DNA from: Thermodesulfobacteriota bacterium
GTDB lineage: Bacteria > Desulfobacterota > Binatia > Bin18
Direction: 5' to 3'
Length of the DNA stretch: 64,000 bases
Assembly: GCA_964291405.2 (NCBI GenBank)
Contig: OZ219926.1
Coordinates: 1,184,001-1,248,000, forward strand
Part shown: positions 9,438-18,988 of the stretch, piece by piece
How positions within the stretch are numbered: the stretch's first letter is position 1
Layout of the letters: each line of letters opens with the position of its first letter
Made by a program: the position numbers and the translations under genes
Notes under the pieces: generated by a model
Seen by the model: the letters and a program-made list of their open reading frames with translations, nothing else
Databases searched by the model: none
What the model was told of the DNA's origin: nothing

Positions 9438-10430
9438 ATGACCGCTGTCAAACTGGACGAACCGCTATCGATTCTCGTTCTGCTCGGGTTGACCTTGCCC
9501 GAAGTGTCTGAGGGCGACCTGGCAAAGATTCAGGCTGCGGCGCCCGGCTCGACCGTCAAGGTGGCCCCTCGGGTGGGCGATGCCATCGCCATGGCCGATG
9601 ATGTCGAGGTCATCCTCGGCTTCCTGCCCGAAGCCTTGTTTCAGGCCGCCCCCCGCCTGCGCTGGGTACACGCCATCGCCTCGGGGGTGGACATGTTTCT
9701 CTACCCGGCGATGCGGGATTCCGACGTGGTGCTGACCGGCGAAAAGGGTCTGGTGGGCGGACACCTGGCGGATACCGGGTTCGGCCTGCTCCTGGCGCTC
9801 ACCCGCCAGATCGCGACCGCCATCCGCCTCGGCTCGTCCAGTTGGCAGGAGCGTGAGGCCATGCGTCGCAAAGAGATTGAGCTTGAGGGGCTGACCATGG
9901 GCATTGTCGGCTTCGGAGGGACCGGTCGGGCGATGGCTCGCCGGGCGGTGGCGTTTGGTATGCGGGTGTTAGCCCTGGACGAACAGCCCGTCCCGGCGTC
10001 GGACGGAGTGGACGCGGTGTGGGGACGGGAGCGGTTGGCCGAGTTGCTGGCGGCCTCTGACGTGGTTGCGATCTGCTGTCCGCTCACGGCCGAGACGCGC
10101 CAGATGTTCAACGCGGCAGCATTTGCCGACCTGAAGCCGGGCGCGCTGCTGGTCAACGTCACCCGAGGTGAGATCATAGACGGGGAGGCGCTGGTACAGG
10201 CGCTGCAAGATGGGCGGTGTGGCGGCGCGGCGCTCGATGTCGCCCCGGTTGAGCCCCTGCCGGCCGATCATCCCTTGTGGACGTTTGAGAACGTCGTCAT
10301 GACACCGCACACGGCCGGCGCCAGCCAACTCCGCGCCACGCGCAACCTCGACCGCTTTTGTGAGAACCTGCGCCGCGTTCAGCGGGGCGAGCCCCTTCTC
10401 GGGGTTGTCGACAAACAGCTCGGCTACTAA
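9438..10430 (+). CDS. D-2-hydroxyacid dehydrogenase family
   Basis: GIVGFGGTG, NVTRG, GAALDV, TPHTAG. Confidence 0.93.
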   Translation: MTAVKLDEPLSILVLLGLTLPEVSEGDLAKIQAAAPGSTVKVAPRVGDAIAMADDVEVILGFLPEALFQAAPRLRWVHAIASGVDMFLYPAMRDSDVVLTGEKGLVGGHLADTGFGLLLALTRQIATAIRLGSSSWQEREAMRRKEIELEGLTMGIVGFGGTGRAMARRAVAFGMRVLALDEQPVPASDGVDAVWGRERLAELLAASDVVAICCPLTAETRQMFNAAAFADLKPGALLVNVTRGEIIDGEALVQALQDGRCGGAALDVAPVEPLPADHPLWTFENVVMTPHTAGASQLRATRNLDRFCENLRRVQRGEPLLGVVDKQLGY

Positions 10431-10456
10431 GGACCGTCACAGAGAAAAGGCAAAGG

Positions 10457-10604
10457 CTAGAGCAAATAACGATAACTGTGTGGCCACCCGTCATTCCTGC
10501 GAAAGCAGGAATCCAGGTCCCCGGCCCTCCGAATTCTGGATGCCGGATCAAGTCCGGCATGACGAGAGCGGACCGGCACGGCTACAACTTATCGTGAAAC
10601 GCTT
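10457..10604. mobile_element. MITE-like element (CTAGAGC left end) containing a GTCATTCCTGCGAAAGCAGGAATCC / GGATGCCGGATCAAGTCCGGCATGAC hairpin pair
   Basis: Imperfect subterminal inverted repeats (ACGATAA..TGT.GCC); 10544-10603 matches 38727-38786 with 3 mismatches. Confidence 0.7.
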
Positions 10605-10637
10605 CCTGAGCATTTCCCTTCGATATCAGACCGGGCT

Positions 10638-11885
10638 TTACGGAGGGGTGACGGGTGCGATCTCCTTCAGCCGGGGCAGCACCTCCCTGGCGAAGAGTGT
10701 GATCCCCTTCTCGGCCTCGGCATGGGTCATGAATCCTGACCGCCCAATCATGACCAGATGACCAAAGCCGCCGACCTTGCGGTAAAAATCCATAATTTGC
10801 TGGTAGACGGTATCAGGGCTGCCCGCGAACAGGATCCCTCGCGCCATAGCTTGCACTGAATCTATGTTGGTCAGCCCTCCGACGTTGAGGATGGCCGGAG
10901 CGACAGGCTTATCTGCCTTCGCGGTCTGCGCCCCGCTGCTGTCCGCCGGCCCCTCGGCCCGAGTGTCCGGCCTGGGTGCGGTGCGGTAGATCTGGGGCGC
11001 AAAGTGTGGCGGCGTCGCCCCAGGCAGAAACCGGGCGTACTGGGGCGCCATCTTCAGACTGGTGTTAAGAAACCACAGCAGCTTGCTCCCAATCTCCACA
11101 CCCTCTTCATGGGTGTCACCGACATAGACCAAGGCCGCATACGCAAAATGGTCAGTCATGACCTTGGGCAGCCCAGCCTCCGCACGCGCCTGACGGTACG
11201 CGGCCCAGGCACGCTTGGTCCCCTCCTCGCCGCGCAGGACTAACACATTGACCATCCCCCGCCGGCCGACCTCGCTCGCCGTTTCCGGATCGCCCGTCGC
11301 CGCCCACAGCGACGGATGTGGTTGCTGCCACGGGCGCGGCCAGATGTTCACGTGCCGGTGCGTGTAGTGCTTGCCCTCCCAACTGAACGGTCCCTCCTGA
11401 AAGGTCAACGCCTTGGTGACGAGATCGATCGCCTCCCAGTAGCGCTCAATATTCGTCACCGGGTTGGCATTGTTCGACGCCATCTCACTCGCGCCTGACT
11501 TCACGAAGCCGATATCCAGACGTCCACGGGAAATGACATCCGCCGTGGCATACTCCTCTGCGACTCTGACCGGGTCTGGCCGCAGCGAGATCAAGGTCCC
11601 CATACTGAGAATGCGGACCTTACGTATCTGGCGGGCCAGGATACCCAGGACCAGCGGGTTGGCCCCAAACAGGGAATTAATTCCAGCGTGATGCTCGATG
11701 GCGACAACATTGATTCCCCGCTCGTCACACAGCATGAACTCGTCAAAGGTTTCCTCGAACAAGTCAGCAGCGATCTGTGGATCGCAATACTTATTCGGCA
11801 GGCTGGCCCGGACGGAATCTGCACGATCGAGCACGTCTGGTGGGACGAAGGGATACGGGTTCTCGTTGTGATACCAGACTTCCAT
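10638..11885 (-). CDS. LLM-class flavin-dependent oxidoreductase
   Basis: EHH, PVRVAEEYATADVISRGRL, NIWPRPWQQPHP, GSPDTV, LFAREVLPRL. Confidence 0.92.
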   Translation of the reverse strand: MEVWYHNENPYPFVPPDVLDRADSVRASLPNKYCDPQIAADLFEETFDEFMLCDERGINVVAIEHHAGINSLFGANPLVLGILARQIRKVRILSMGTLISLRPDPVRVAEEYATADVISRGRLDIGFVKSGASEMASNNANPVTNIERYWEAIDLVTKALTFQEGPFSWEGKHYTHRHVNIWPRPWQQPHPSLWAATGDPETASEVGRRGMVNVLVLRGEEGTKRAWAAYRQARAEAGLPKVMTDHFAYAALVYVGDTHEEGVEIGSKLLWFLNTSLKMAPQYARFLPGATPPHFAPQIYRTAPRPDTRAEGPADSSGAQTAKADKPVAPAILNVGGLTNIDSVQAMARGILFAGSPDTVYQQIMDFYRKVGGFGHLVMIGRSGFMTHAEAEKGITLFAREVLPRLKEIAPVTPP

Positions 11886-11911
11886 GGCGTGCTCCTCAGC
11901 CTCCTCTTCGC

Positions 11912-12709
11912 TCAACGCTCTTGTGCCAAGAAGGCAGCCACGCGCTCAACAAAAGCCTCGGGCTGCTCGATCTCGGGATGGTGTCCCGCCTCGACAATGA
12001 CATCAAAGCACGAGCCAGGGATCAACGCGCTGTAGGCCCGTCCGTAGGCCGGCGTTACGATCCCGTCGCTCGCCCCCCACAGCACCAGCGTCGGCCGCCT
12101 GATCCGACGCAGCCAACGCTTGAGCTGAGGGTTGTACATATAGGGATGCCAGCCGTACAGGCACAGCGCGTCCCAGTTTCGGGCGTGGACGACGATGTCG
12201 TCATCCGATAGCGCGTTAAAGTCCGGCGCCCATTTCTCGGGATCGTGCCAGCGGTTCTGCTCCACTTCCTGGGGGGAGGTATTAAAGACGTCCAGGATAT
12301 CCGGGGTCTCGCGATCGCTGATCTTGATACCAAAGGCATCCACCAGGACGAGCCGATCAATACGATGGTGACACGCAACCGCGATTTCCGCCGCCAGCCA
12401 GCCGCCAAAGGACAATCCCACGAGGCTGACCCGCTCATACGGCAGCGCTTCAAGGACGTCTAAATACAGATGGACCAAGTCGTATACGGTATCGAAGTCC
12501 GCTGGACGTTCTGAGTGGCCAAAGCCGGGGTGTGAGGGGGCTATGATCTCTGCCCGCCGGCCGAGTAGATCGAGAAAGGGCGCCTGCGGATCGACGCTGT
12601 GCAGGCCGTGCAGAAGCAGGACTGGCCGTCCCTGACCCCGGCGTATCACTTCGAGCTCAATGTCCTCGACTGACAAACGCTCTCCAGCCGGCGCCTCGAT
12701 GTCATTCAT
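11912..12709 (-). CDS. alpha/beta fold hydrolase
   Basis: LLHG, HPGFG, GLSFGG, AGHHP. Confidence 0.9.
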   Translation of the reverse strand: MNDIEAPAGERLSVEDIELEVIRRGQGRPVLLLHGLHSVDPQAPFLDLLGRRAEIIAPSHPGFGHSERPADFDTVYDLVHLYLDVLEALPYERVSLVGLSFGGWLAAEIAVACHHRIDRLVLVDAFGIKISDRETPDILDVFNTSPQEVEQNRWHDPEKWAPDFNALSDDDIVVHARNWDALCLYGWHPYMYNPQLKRWLRRIRRPTLVLWGASDGIVTPAYGRAYSALIPGSCFDVIVEAGHHPEIEQPEAFVERVAAFLAQER

Positions 12710-12947
12710 CCTGACTTCCTACGGATATTCGTTCTCCGTGCTCTACTATCGCATCCCGACCGAGCACGAAAATGCGAACGGCATGCTCGTCCAAGAGACC
12801 ATAAGCGACCCGGATCGTGTTCTCAAGCGCTGTGTGGCTATTGACGATGAGGACTGCGCCGCATGACGGCTCTGCCGTACAGTCTTTTCTGTGCGGTACG
12901 CAACCGTTATAGTTCAGCCCTATACGGGGTCCCAAAAGGAGGCAGCA

Positions 12948-13961
12948 ATGAAATTCGGACTGATGCATGACTTCCGTAATCCCACGCCTTGGTTTCGACC
13001 CTATTCCGACCTCTACCGGCTCTTGCTTGACCAGTGTGTACGGGCCGATAAACTCGGCTATGACAATATCTGGTTGACTGAACACCACTTCAGCGGGGAC
13101 TATAATCCGACGCCGTTACAGGCCGCGACCGCCATTGCAGCGCGGACCGAACGTATCCGCATTGGCACGTTTGTGCTGCTACTGCCTTTCTATCATCCTG
13201 TGCGCGTGGCCGAAGACGTGGCTTTCATTGACAACCTCTCCAAGGGACGATTTGACCTCGGGGTAGGACAGGGCTATCGCGTCGACGAATTCTCCGGCTT
13301 TTGTATGTCCCGCAAAGAGCGTTCGGCCCGCCTGGCCGAGGGGCTCGACCTGATCCGACGCCTGTGGACCGAGGATACGGTCACGTTCGAAGGAAAGTTT
13401 ACCCAGATCAAAGAGGTGCATATCCAGCCCGAACCTGTGCAGCAGCCCCACCCTCCCATCTGGATTGGCGCGCGCACCGAAAAAGCCATGCAGCGAGCCG
13501 TCCGCGAGGGGTATCATCTCCACCTCACCCTCGGCCCGGACTGGGCACCCCGCTACTACGAGTTGCTGAAACAGCAGGGCCGCACGCCGGCTGACTTTTC
13601 GACCACCCAACTGCACTTCGTGTATGTGGCACCTACCGAGGACGAGGCCTGGGAGGACATTCAGGATCAGGCCCACTGGATGATGCAAGTGTATGATGGC
13701 TGGTTTAAGACCAGCGGAGATGTCGCGGGCGACGAGCGGCTGTGGGAGATCAAAGAGGCGCGAGACATTCGCCACTCGTCCTATGGACGGGCCTGGATGG
13801 TAGGCACTCCAGACCAGGTGGGGCGTAAAGTTGAGGCGTTTGTCAACACCTCATCCTGTACCCATTTAGTTATGGCTATGCAGGTCCCGGGGGTCGAGCC
13901 AGCCAAGGGCACCCGCTCGATGGAACTGTTCGCTCAGGAGATCATGCCGGCATTCCGCTAA
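12948..13961 (+). CDS. LLM-class flavin-dependent oxidoreductase
   Basis: MKFG, WLTEHHF, HPVRVAED, GVGQGY, PVQQPHPPIWIG. Confidence 0.93.
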   Translation: MKFGLMHDFRNPTPWFRPYSDLYRLLLDQCVRADKLGYDNIWLTEHHFSGDYNPTPLQAATAIAARTERIRIGTFVLLLPFYHPVRVAEDVAFIDNLSKGRFDLGVGQGYRVDEFSGFCMSRKERSARLAEGLDLIRRLWTEDTVTFEGKFTQIKEVHIQPEPVQQPHPPIWIGARTEKAMQRAVREGYHLHLTLGPDWAPRYYELLKQQGRTPADFSTTQLHFVYVAPTEDEAWEDIQDQAHWMMQVYDGWFKTSGDVAGDERLWEIKEARDIRHSSYGRAWMVGTPDQVGRKVEAFVNTSSCTHLVMAMQVPGVEPAKGTRSMELFAQEIMPAFR

Positions 13962-14008
13962 GGGCAATATTCCCTGGCGCAAGCCAAAGACGCGGAATGT
14001 TGATCCGG

Positions 14009-15286
14009 TTAGGCGGCGGCAGTGCGCAGTCGGGCCGCTCGTCTGACCTGTGGTTCCTTATGGAACGCACCGTCCTTCATGATCATGAGGAGATTGTCCG
14101 GGTCCTGGAGCAGGCTGATATCCTCGACGGGATTGCCATCGACTAGGATCAGATCGGCCAGATAGCCCTCTTTGATCATTCCAAGCTGGTCACCGAAACA
14201 CTCACCACCGGACTTGGTCGCCATCATGAGCGTTTCAGCTGGGCTGAATCCCATCAGATTCACAAAGTGTTCGAGGTCCCGAGCATCCTTACCGATCCGG
14301 TTCCAGGCAAAGCCATAGTCGCCAAACGGCAAGACGCGCACCCCGCGTCTGTGGAGTTCTTGCGTGGTGTGTATGGCGCTTTCCAGTTCGTGCTCAAAGC
14401 CCCACGCTTCGGCCATAGCCCGAGTGACACCGTACTCTTCCATCTGGTTCAGCGTGGCATAACTGAGGCCGATGGCTGGATTGACGAAGTACTCGTCCTT
14501 GTTGGCTTCGAGTAAGTCGAGCGCTTCTTCGTCGCAAAAATTCGCGTGGTAGATGAGTGTGATGCCGTGCCGGATGCACATTTTGACAGATTCAGCCGTA
14601 CGCGCATGCGCGACCACGCGCCGGTTGTGCGCGTGCGCCAGACTACAGCATGCCGCCACTTCGTCCTCCTGCATCACTGTCATTTGCGCGGTACCGGTTC
14701 GCACGAAGTTGTCCCCCGAAATCATGAGTTTAATAACGTCGACGCCCTCGCGGATCATCAGCCGGGTGTATTTCCGGATCTCTTCGGGACCGTCGAGGAC
14801 CTCCGCGAAACCTTCATGGTACATATGCAGCTGCCTCAAGTCGCCCAGCCCGCCGGTCACGGTGAGTTCTGGCGTGGCAGCTTGCATGCGTGGCCCCGGG
14901 ATCTTGCCGGCATTAATCTCATTACGGATAACAATATCGAGTCTCGCCTTGGCAGAAGAGCCGTTCACCAGGGCGGTGAAACCGTGATCGAGCATGGTCT
15001 TCACGTTGTGCATGGTGATGAGCACATGCTCCTCCACGGGGATTTCGCCGGTCTCGTAGAGGTCCGCTCCCATGTTGGGATAGGTCGGGTGCCCGTGACA
15101 GTTGACCAAGCCTGGCATCAGTGTGGCGCCGTCACCGTTGACTACGGTGGCGCCGTCCCGAGCCATGGTGTGAGCACCGGCAGCGATAGTCTTGATACGC
15201 GTATCCTGGACGAGGACCTCACCCAAGTACGGCGCACTCCCACTTCCGTCGAGAATCATCACGTTGGTGAATACAGTATCCGACAT
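14009..15286 (-). CDS. metal-dependent amidohydrolase (Xaa-Pro dipeptidase-like)
   Basis: LMPGLVNCHGH, GVDVIK, VAHA, GYLADLILVDGNP. Confidence 0.9.
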   Translation of the reverse strand: MSDTVFTNVMILDGSGSAPYLGEVLVQDTRIKTIAAGAHTMARDGATVVNGDGATLMPGLVNCHGHPTYPNMGADLYETGEIPVEEHVLITMHNVKTMLDHGFTALVNGSSAKARLDIVIRNEINAGKIPGPRMQAATPELTVTGGLGDLRQLHMYHEGFAEVLDGPEEIRKYTRLMIREGVDVIKLMISGDNFVRTGTAQMTVMQEDEVAACCSLAHAHNRRVVAHARTAESVKMCIRHGITLIYHANFCDEEALDLLEANKDEYFVNPAIGLSYATLNQMEEYGVTRAMAEAWGFEHELESAIHTTQELHRRGVRVLPFGDYGFAWNRIGKDARDLEHFVNLMGFSPAETLMMATKSGGECFGDQLGMIKEGYLADLILVDGNPVEDISLLQDPDNLLMIMKDGAFHKEPQVRRAARLRTAAA

Positions 15287-15430
15287 GGGCCTGCCCTCCT
15301 TCATGGTCGCCTTGGGTCACCAGACCAACTATCAACTCTGCGCCATTATGCCATGGAGGCGTGCGTTCCAGAAGATGAAGGATTGAGGATCTTTACTTTA
15401 CTCGCGAATGGCTTCTTCTCGCTTGCCGGC

Positions 15431-15460
15431 TTGACAAACCCTTTCCAATGGCAGGACAAT
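15431..15460 (+). promoter_or_regulatory. putative sigma70 promoter TTGACA-N18-GACAAT
   Basis: Upstream of the AAGGAGG RBS of the VOC gene. Confidence 0.35.
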
Positions 15461-15490
15461 CCCGAATACGAAGACTCAAAGGAGGTCATT

Positions 15491-15949
15491 ATGCTCGGAG
15501 CTGTCGCACATGTAGGGATTACCGTCCCAGATATGGAGAAAGCCATTGCCTTCTACCAGGATGTATTGGGGCTGACGGTGATAGGTGATTATAGCATCGA
15601 GGGGGAAGAGATCAGCGATCTGGTCCAAGAGCCCGGCACCAAAGTACGCTCGGTATTCCTGCGCAACGAAGACGACCGCCACAGCGCCCCGGTTGAACTG
15701 CTCCACTTTAGTGAATCTGCGGAGCAGGGCGGCCAGCCGTATGCGGGCGTCACCCACAACGGGATTACGGAGATTGCCTTTTGGGTGAAAGACATTGAAA
15801 AGACCTATGAGGCGCTCCGGAACCAGGGCGTGGAGTTTTACTCGCGGCCCCACACCTTTACCCTCGACAACTATGGCACGGCGAAGGCGGTGTATTGCAA
15901 GGATCCGTTCGGTACGACCCTCGAACTGATGCAGATGGTCAAGGAGTAG
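15491..15949 (+). CDS. VOC/glyoxalase (methylmalonyl-CoA epimerase-like) protein
   Basis: HVGITVPDMEKAIAFYQDVLG...KDPFGTTLELMQ; AAGGAGG RBS. Confidence 0.9.
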   Translation: MLGAVAHVGITVPDMEKAIAFYQDVLGLTVIGDYSIEGEEISDLVQEPGTKVRSVFLRNEDDRHSAPVELLHFSESAEQGGQPYAGVTHNGITEIAFWVKDIEKTYEALRNQGVEFYSRPHTFTLDNYGTAKAVYCKDPFGTTLELMQMVKE

Positions 15950-16065
15950 CAGCAATAAGTCGGATTAGAGGTCAGGTCCTGAACCGACCCCCTGGCGTGA
16001 CTACAGCGATTTCCACCTGGGTTCACTACGCTTTTTCTCTCACCCCAGTCACCTCGCTCCTGTTT

Positions 16066-16087
16066 CCCTCTCCCCGCGGGGAGAGGG
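16066..16087. repeat. perfect 22-bp palindrome CCCTCTCCCCGCGGGGAGAGGG (REP-like)
   Basis: Self-complementary; intergenic. Confidence 0.7.
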
Positions 16088-16277
16088 TTCTTCCTGATTG
16101 CCTCTCTCTACAAACGCAACGCTGCATTGCTTGAGGACTAGGGGTCAGGTCTTGCATTTGCCCCCTCGCGAGAAACGACACCCCCAGAAGATTGGGCTGC
16201 ATTGATCAAACACAGAGCTGACCCTGTAGAATGCGGGAGATACTGCCACCCTTAAAGGAAGCGTGCGGAGGGACACG

Positions 16278-16460
16278 ATGAACCACCGACAAATCGTTGA
16301 GGCAAAGCTTTTAGAAGTGGGGATCAAACTCAGTAACGATGACCTTGAGCAGCTCACTACGGCCTATGCAGCGTTGCTCGAATGGGAATCTGTCGTGCAG
16401 GGCATGGTGCGACCGGAGACAGAACCCGCCTTGACCTTTAAGGCAGCAGTGGAGGATTAA
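16278..16460 (+). CDS. small amidase partner protein (GatC/AtzG-like)
   Basis: 60 aa, helical, C-terminal EPALTF; GGAGG RBS; 3 nt before the amidase. Confidence 0.7.
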   Translation: MNHRQIVEAKLLEVGIKLSNDDLEQLTTAYAALLEWESVVQGMVRPETEPALTFKAAVED

Positions 16461-16463
16461 ACG

Positions 16464-17864
16464 ATGGCACGCTCAAGCTCCGAATTCGCTTACATGTCGC
16501 TCGCAGAGGCCGCTGACCTCATCAAGAACGGTGAACTGTCCCCGGTTGAACTGACCCAAGCCATGGTGGAACGCATTGCCGCGCTCGACTCGCAGGTCCA
16601 CGCCTACGTCACAGTCTTTGCCGAAGAGGCGCTGGCTGCCGCTCAGGAGGCAGAAGAGCAAATCCGGGCTGGAGACTATCGAGGCCCGTTGCACGGCATT
16701 CCTCTGGCCGTCAAAGACATCTATGAAGCAGGTCGGACGACCGGAGGCTCAAAGTTACGCCGGGATTATACGGCTCAGCAGGACTGCACCTCCGTTGCGA
16801 AACTCAAGCAGGCCGGTGGGCTACTGCTCGGGAAGCTGGCAACCTACGAATTTGCCGCAGGAACGCCAACCCTGGCTTCGCATTTCCAGCCGGCCCGTAA
16901 CCCCTGGAACCTTGAGATTGACCCAGGCGGATCGAGTAGCGGTTCAGGAGCGTCCTTAGCCGCCGGAATGATTTTCGGTGCCATGGGGAGTGATACGGGC
17001 GGCTCCATCCGCTGGCCTGCTTTCTGCTGTGGTATTGTCGGTATGAAGGCCACGTACGGCCGGGTGAGCCGCACGGGCGTTTTCCCCCTGTCATGGAATC
17101 TCGACCACACGGGGCCCATGACTCGAACCGTTCAGGATAGTGCCCTCATGCTCCAGGCTTGCGCTGGCTACGACCCCCTCGATCCGGCGTCTGCTAAGGT
17201 GCCGGTTCCCGATTTTAGTGAAAAGTTGGGCCGCGATATCAAAGGCCTGCGTCTCGGCATTCCGCGCACACTCTTCCAAGACAACTGCGGGGAGGAAATC
17301 CTCGCCACGTTTAATACGGCCGTGACACAAATGGAAACGCTTGGGGCTGAAATCGTCGACGTGGAATCAATCACACTTGGCGAACTGCAAGCAACATTCT
17401 GGCCGCTCCTCTGTGCCGATGCTGCTGCGTATCATCTGGCAGACATGCAGACTCAGGCCGAAGACTACAACCAGGATCTGCGTCTCATCCTTGCGCTGGG
17501 CAATCTCGTGCGAGGGACGACCTATCTGCAATGTCAGAGAGTCCGGGAGCAAATCCGTACTCAGCTGCTGCAGCAATTGGAGACCGTTGACCTGTTCATG
17601 CTCCCTACTACTGGAGTGATGCCCGCTCCGATCCGGTCGGAGTCGCCCGGCCTGTATCTGATGGCCAAAGACTTCGCGATTTACACGCCGTTGTTCAACC
17701 TGACAGGCTTCCCCGCGCTTGCGCTCCCCTGCGGCTTCAGTAGTGCCGGGCTGCCCATTGGCTTCCAGCTCGCAGGTCGGCCGTTTGATGAGGCGACGGT
17801 TTTTCAGGCCGGGTATATCTACGAACAGTCAACACCGTGGCACACCCAGCATCCGTCGCTCTAA
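16464..17864 (+). CDS. amidase signature family (GatA/AtzE-like)
   Basis: PLHGIPLAVKD, GGSSSGS, GSDTGGSIR. Confidence 0.94.
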   Translation: MARSSSEFAYMSLAEAADLIKNGELSPVELTQAMVERIAALDSQVHAYVTVFAEEALAAAQEAEEQIRAGDYRGPLHGIPLAVKDIYEAGRTTGGSKLRRDYTAQQDCTSVAKLKQAGGLLLGKLATYEFAAGTPTLASHFQPARNPWNLEIDPGGSSSGSGASLAAGMIFGAMGSDTGGSIRWPAFCCGIVGMKATYGRVSRTGVFPLSWNLDHTGPMTRTVQDSALMLQACAGYDPLDPASAKVPVPDFSEKLGRDIKGLRLGIPRTLFQDNCGEEILATFNTAVTQMETLGAEIVDVESITLGELQATFWPLLCADAAAYHLADMQTQAEDYNQDLRLILALGNLVRGTTYLQCQRVREQIRTQLLQQLETVDLFMLPTTGVMPAPIRSESPGLYLMAKDFAIYTPLFNLTGFPALALPCGFSSAGLPIGFQLAGRPFDEATVFQAGYIYEQSTPWHTQHPSL

Positions 17865-17907
17865 ACGAACACAAGATTCGCCCCTATGAACAGAGTCGCA
17901 CATTGCT

Positions 17908-18975
17908 CTAGCCGGTCGCAACGCAATAGACCTGATCGGCATCCGCCGGTAGCGCATGCGCGCTCCAGGTCGCCCCGGCGTCAGCGCTGGTGAACACCTG
18001 GCCCCTTTTGCTGGCGCAGACCATGCGGTCGGTACGGCGTTGGTCGATGGACATGGCGAAGAGTGTGCTGTTGATCTCATGGCCTATATCCACCCGCTCC
18101 CAGCTCAGACCGCCGTCCTCGCTGTGGAACAGGCCACCGACGTTGCTCTCGAAATCACCCCCGCCGGACAGCCACAGCTTGGTGGGAGCGCCCGGCACCT
18201 CGCGCAAGCAGCGGCAATAGGTGGTACCCTTCTCGTTCAGCGACTCGATGGGTACACGCTGCCAGTGGTCGCCCCGGTCGGTGCTGCGAAACATGCCGAC
18301 GCGACAGATGGCCGTGACCGTTCCCGGAGCCAGACGGCTGGCCAGCACACCGTGCATATCCACGGTATCGTCGGTGAGGTATTGGCCGTGGCTGAGGTTT
18401 TCCCAGTGTTCCCCCCCGTCCAAAGATCGGAGCAGTCCCCCGACCTCCAGAGAGGCGTACAGCTCGTCCTGGTCGGCAATGCTGCCGGACATCATGAGCA
18501 CCCGCTTAGCCGGTATGCCCTGAGGGGGCATCGTCACATCGGGGAAACGGACGCTCACCGGGAGCTGGCGCCAGCTCTCTCCGGCGTCGTCGCTCCGATA
18601 TATCTCCGCCGACTCGTAGCCGGCGAACATGATCTGCGGGTCGGCCGGATGAAATAATAACGACCACATTGGCAGACCGTGGTCAGGAACCACCACCTTC
18701 TCCCAGTGGTCGCCGTGGTCATCGCTGCGGTACGGGCCGTCTTGAGTGGCGACGTAGACCACCCCGGGCCGCTGGGGATGGATGGTGATGGCACGGACCT
18801 CGGGCGCGTCCGGGAGCCCTTTTGTGAGCGGTTCCCAGCCCCCCTGCCCGAAGACACTCCGATACAGACCGCTTTTGACGACCAGCTTGATACCCATGTG
18901 CTTTTCTACCCATTCGATACCTGGGCTGGTGTCACCGGCCAGACCGGCGAAAACGTAGGATGTGCTATTATCCAT
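17908..18975 (-). CDS. BNR/Asp-box beta-propeller protein
   Basis: Repeated SxDxGxxW motifs; AAGGAGG RBS before MDNST. Confidence 0.85.
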   Translation of the reverse strand: MDNSTSYVFAGLAGDTSPGIEWVEKHMGIKLVVKSGLYRSVFGQGGWEPLTKGLPDAPEVRAITIHPQRPGVVYVATQDGPYRSDDHGDHWEKVVVPDHGLPMWSLLFHPADPQIMFAGYESAEIYRSDDAGESWRQLPVSVRFPDVTMPPQGIPAKRVLMMSGSIADQDELYASLEVGGLLRSLDGGEHWENLSHGQYLTDDTVDMHGVLASRLAPGTVTAICRVGMFRSTDRGDHWQRVPIESLNEKGTTYCRCLREVPGAPTKLWLSGGGDFESNVGGLFHSEDGGLSWERVDIGHEINSTLFAMSIDQRRTDRMVCASKRGQVFTSADAGATWSAHALPADADQVYCVATG

Positions 18976-18988
18976 GGCCTCTTCCTCC

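Noticed and set aside
12660-12866. ORF containing HENANGML, faintly like the IS30 'ENxNGL' motif
   Set aside because: Only a few residues match; no inverted repeats or other DDE motifs
14546-15490. Long N-terminal extension of the VOC ORF
   Set aside because: Overlaps the minus-strand amidohydrolase; the real start is 15491 with an AAGGAGG RBS
16464-17864. gatCA assignment for the amidase + small gene pairs
   Set aside because: No gatB, two divergent paralogs and a catabolic context; the small proteins only loosely resemble GatC
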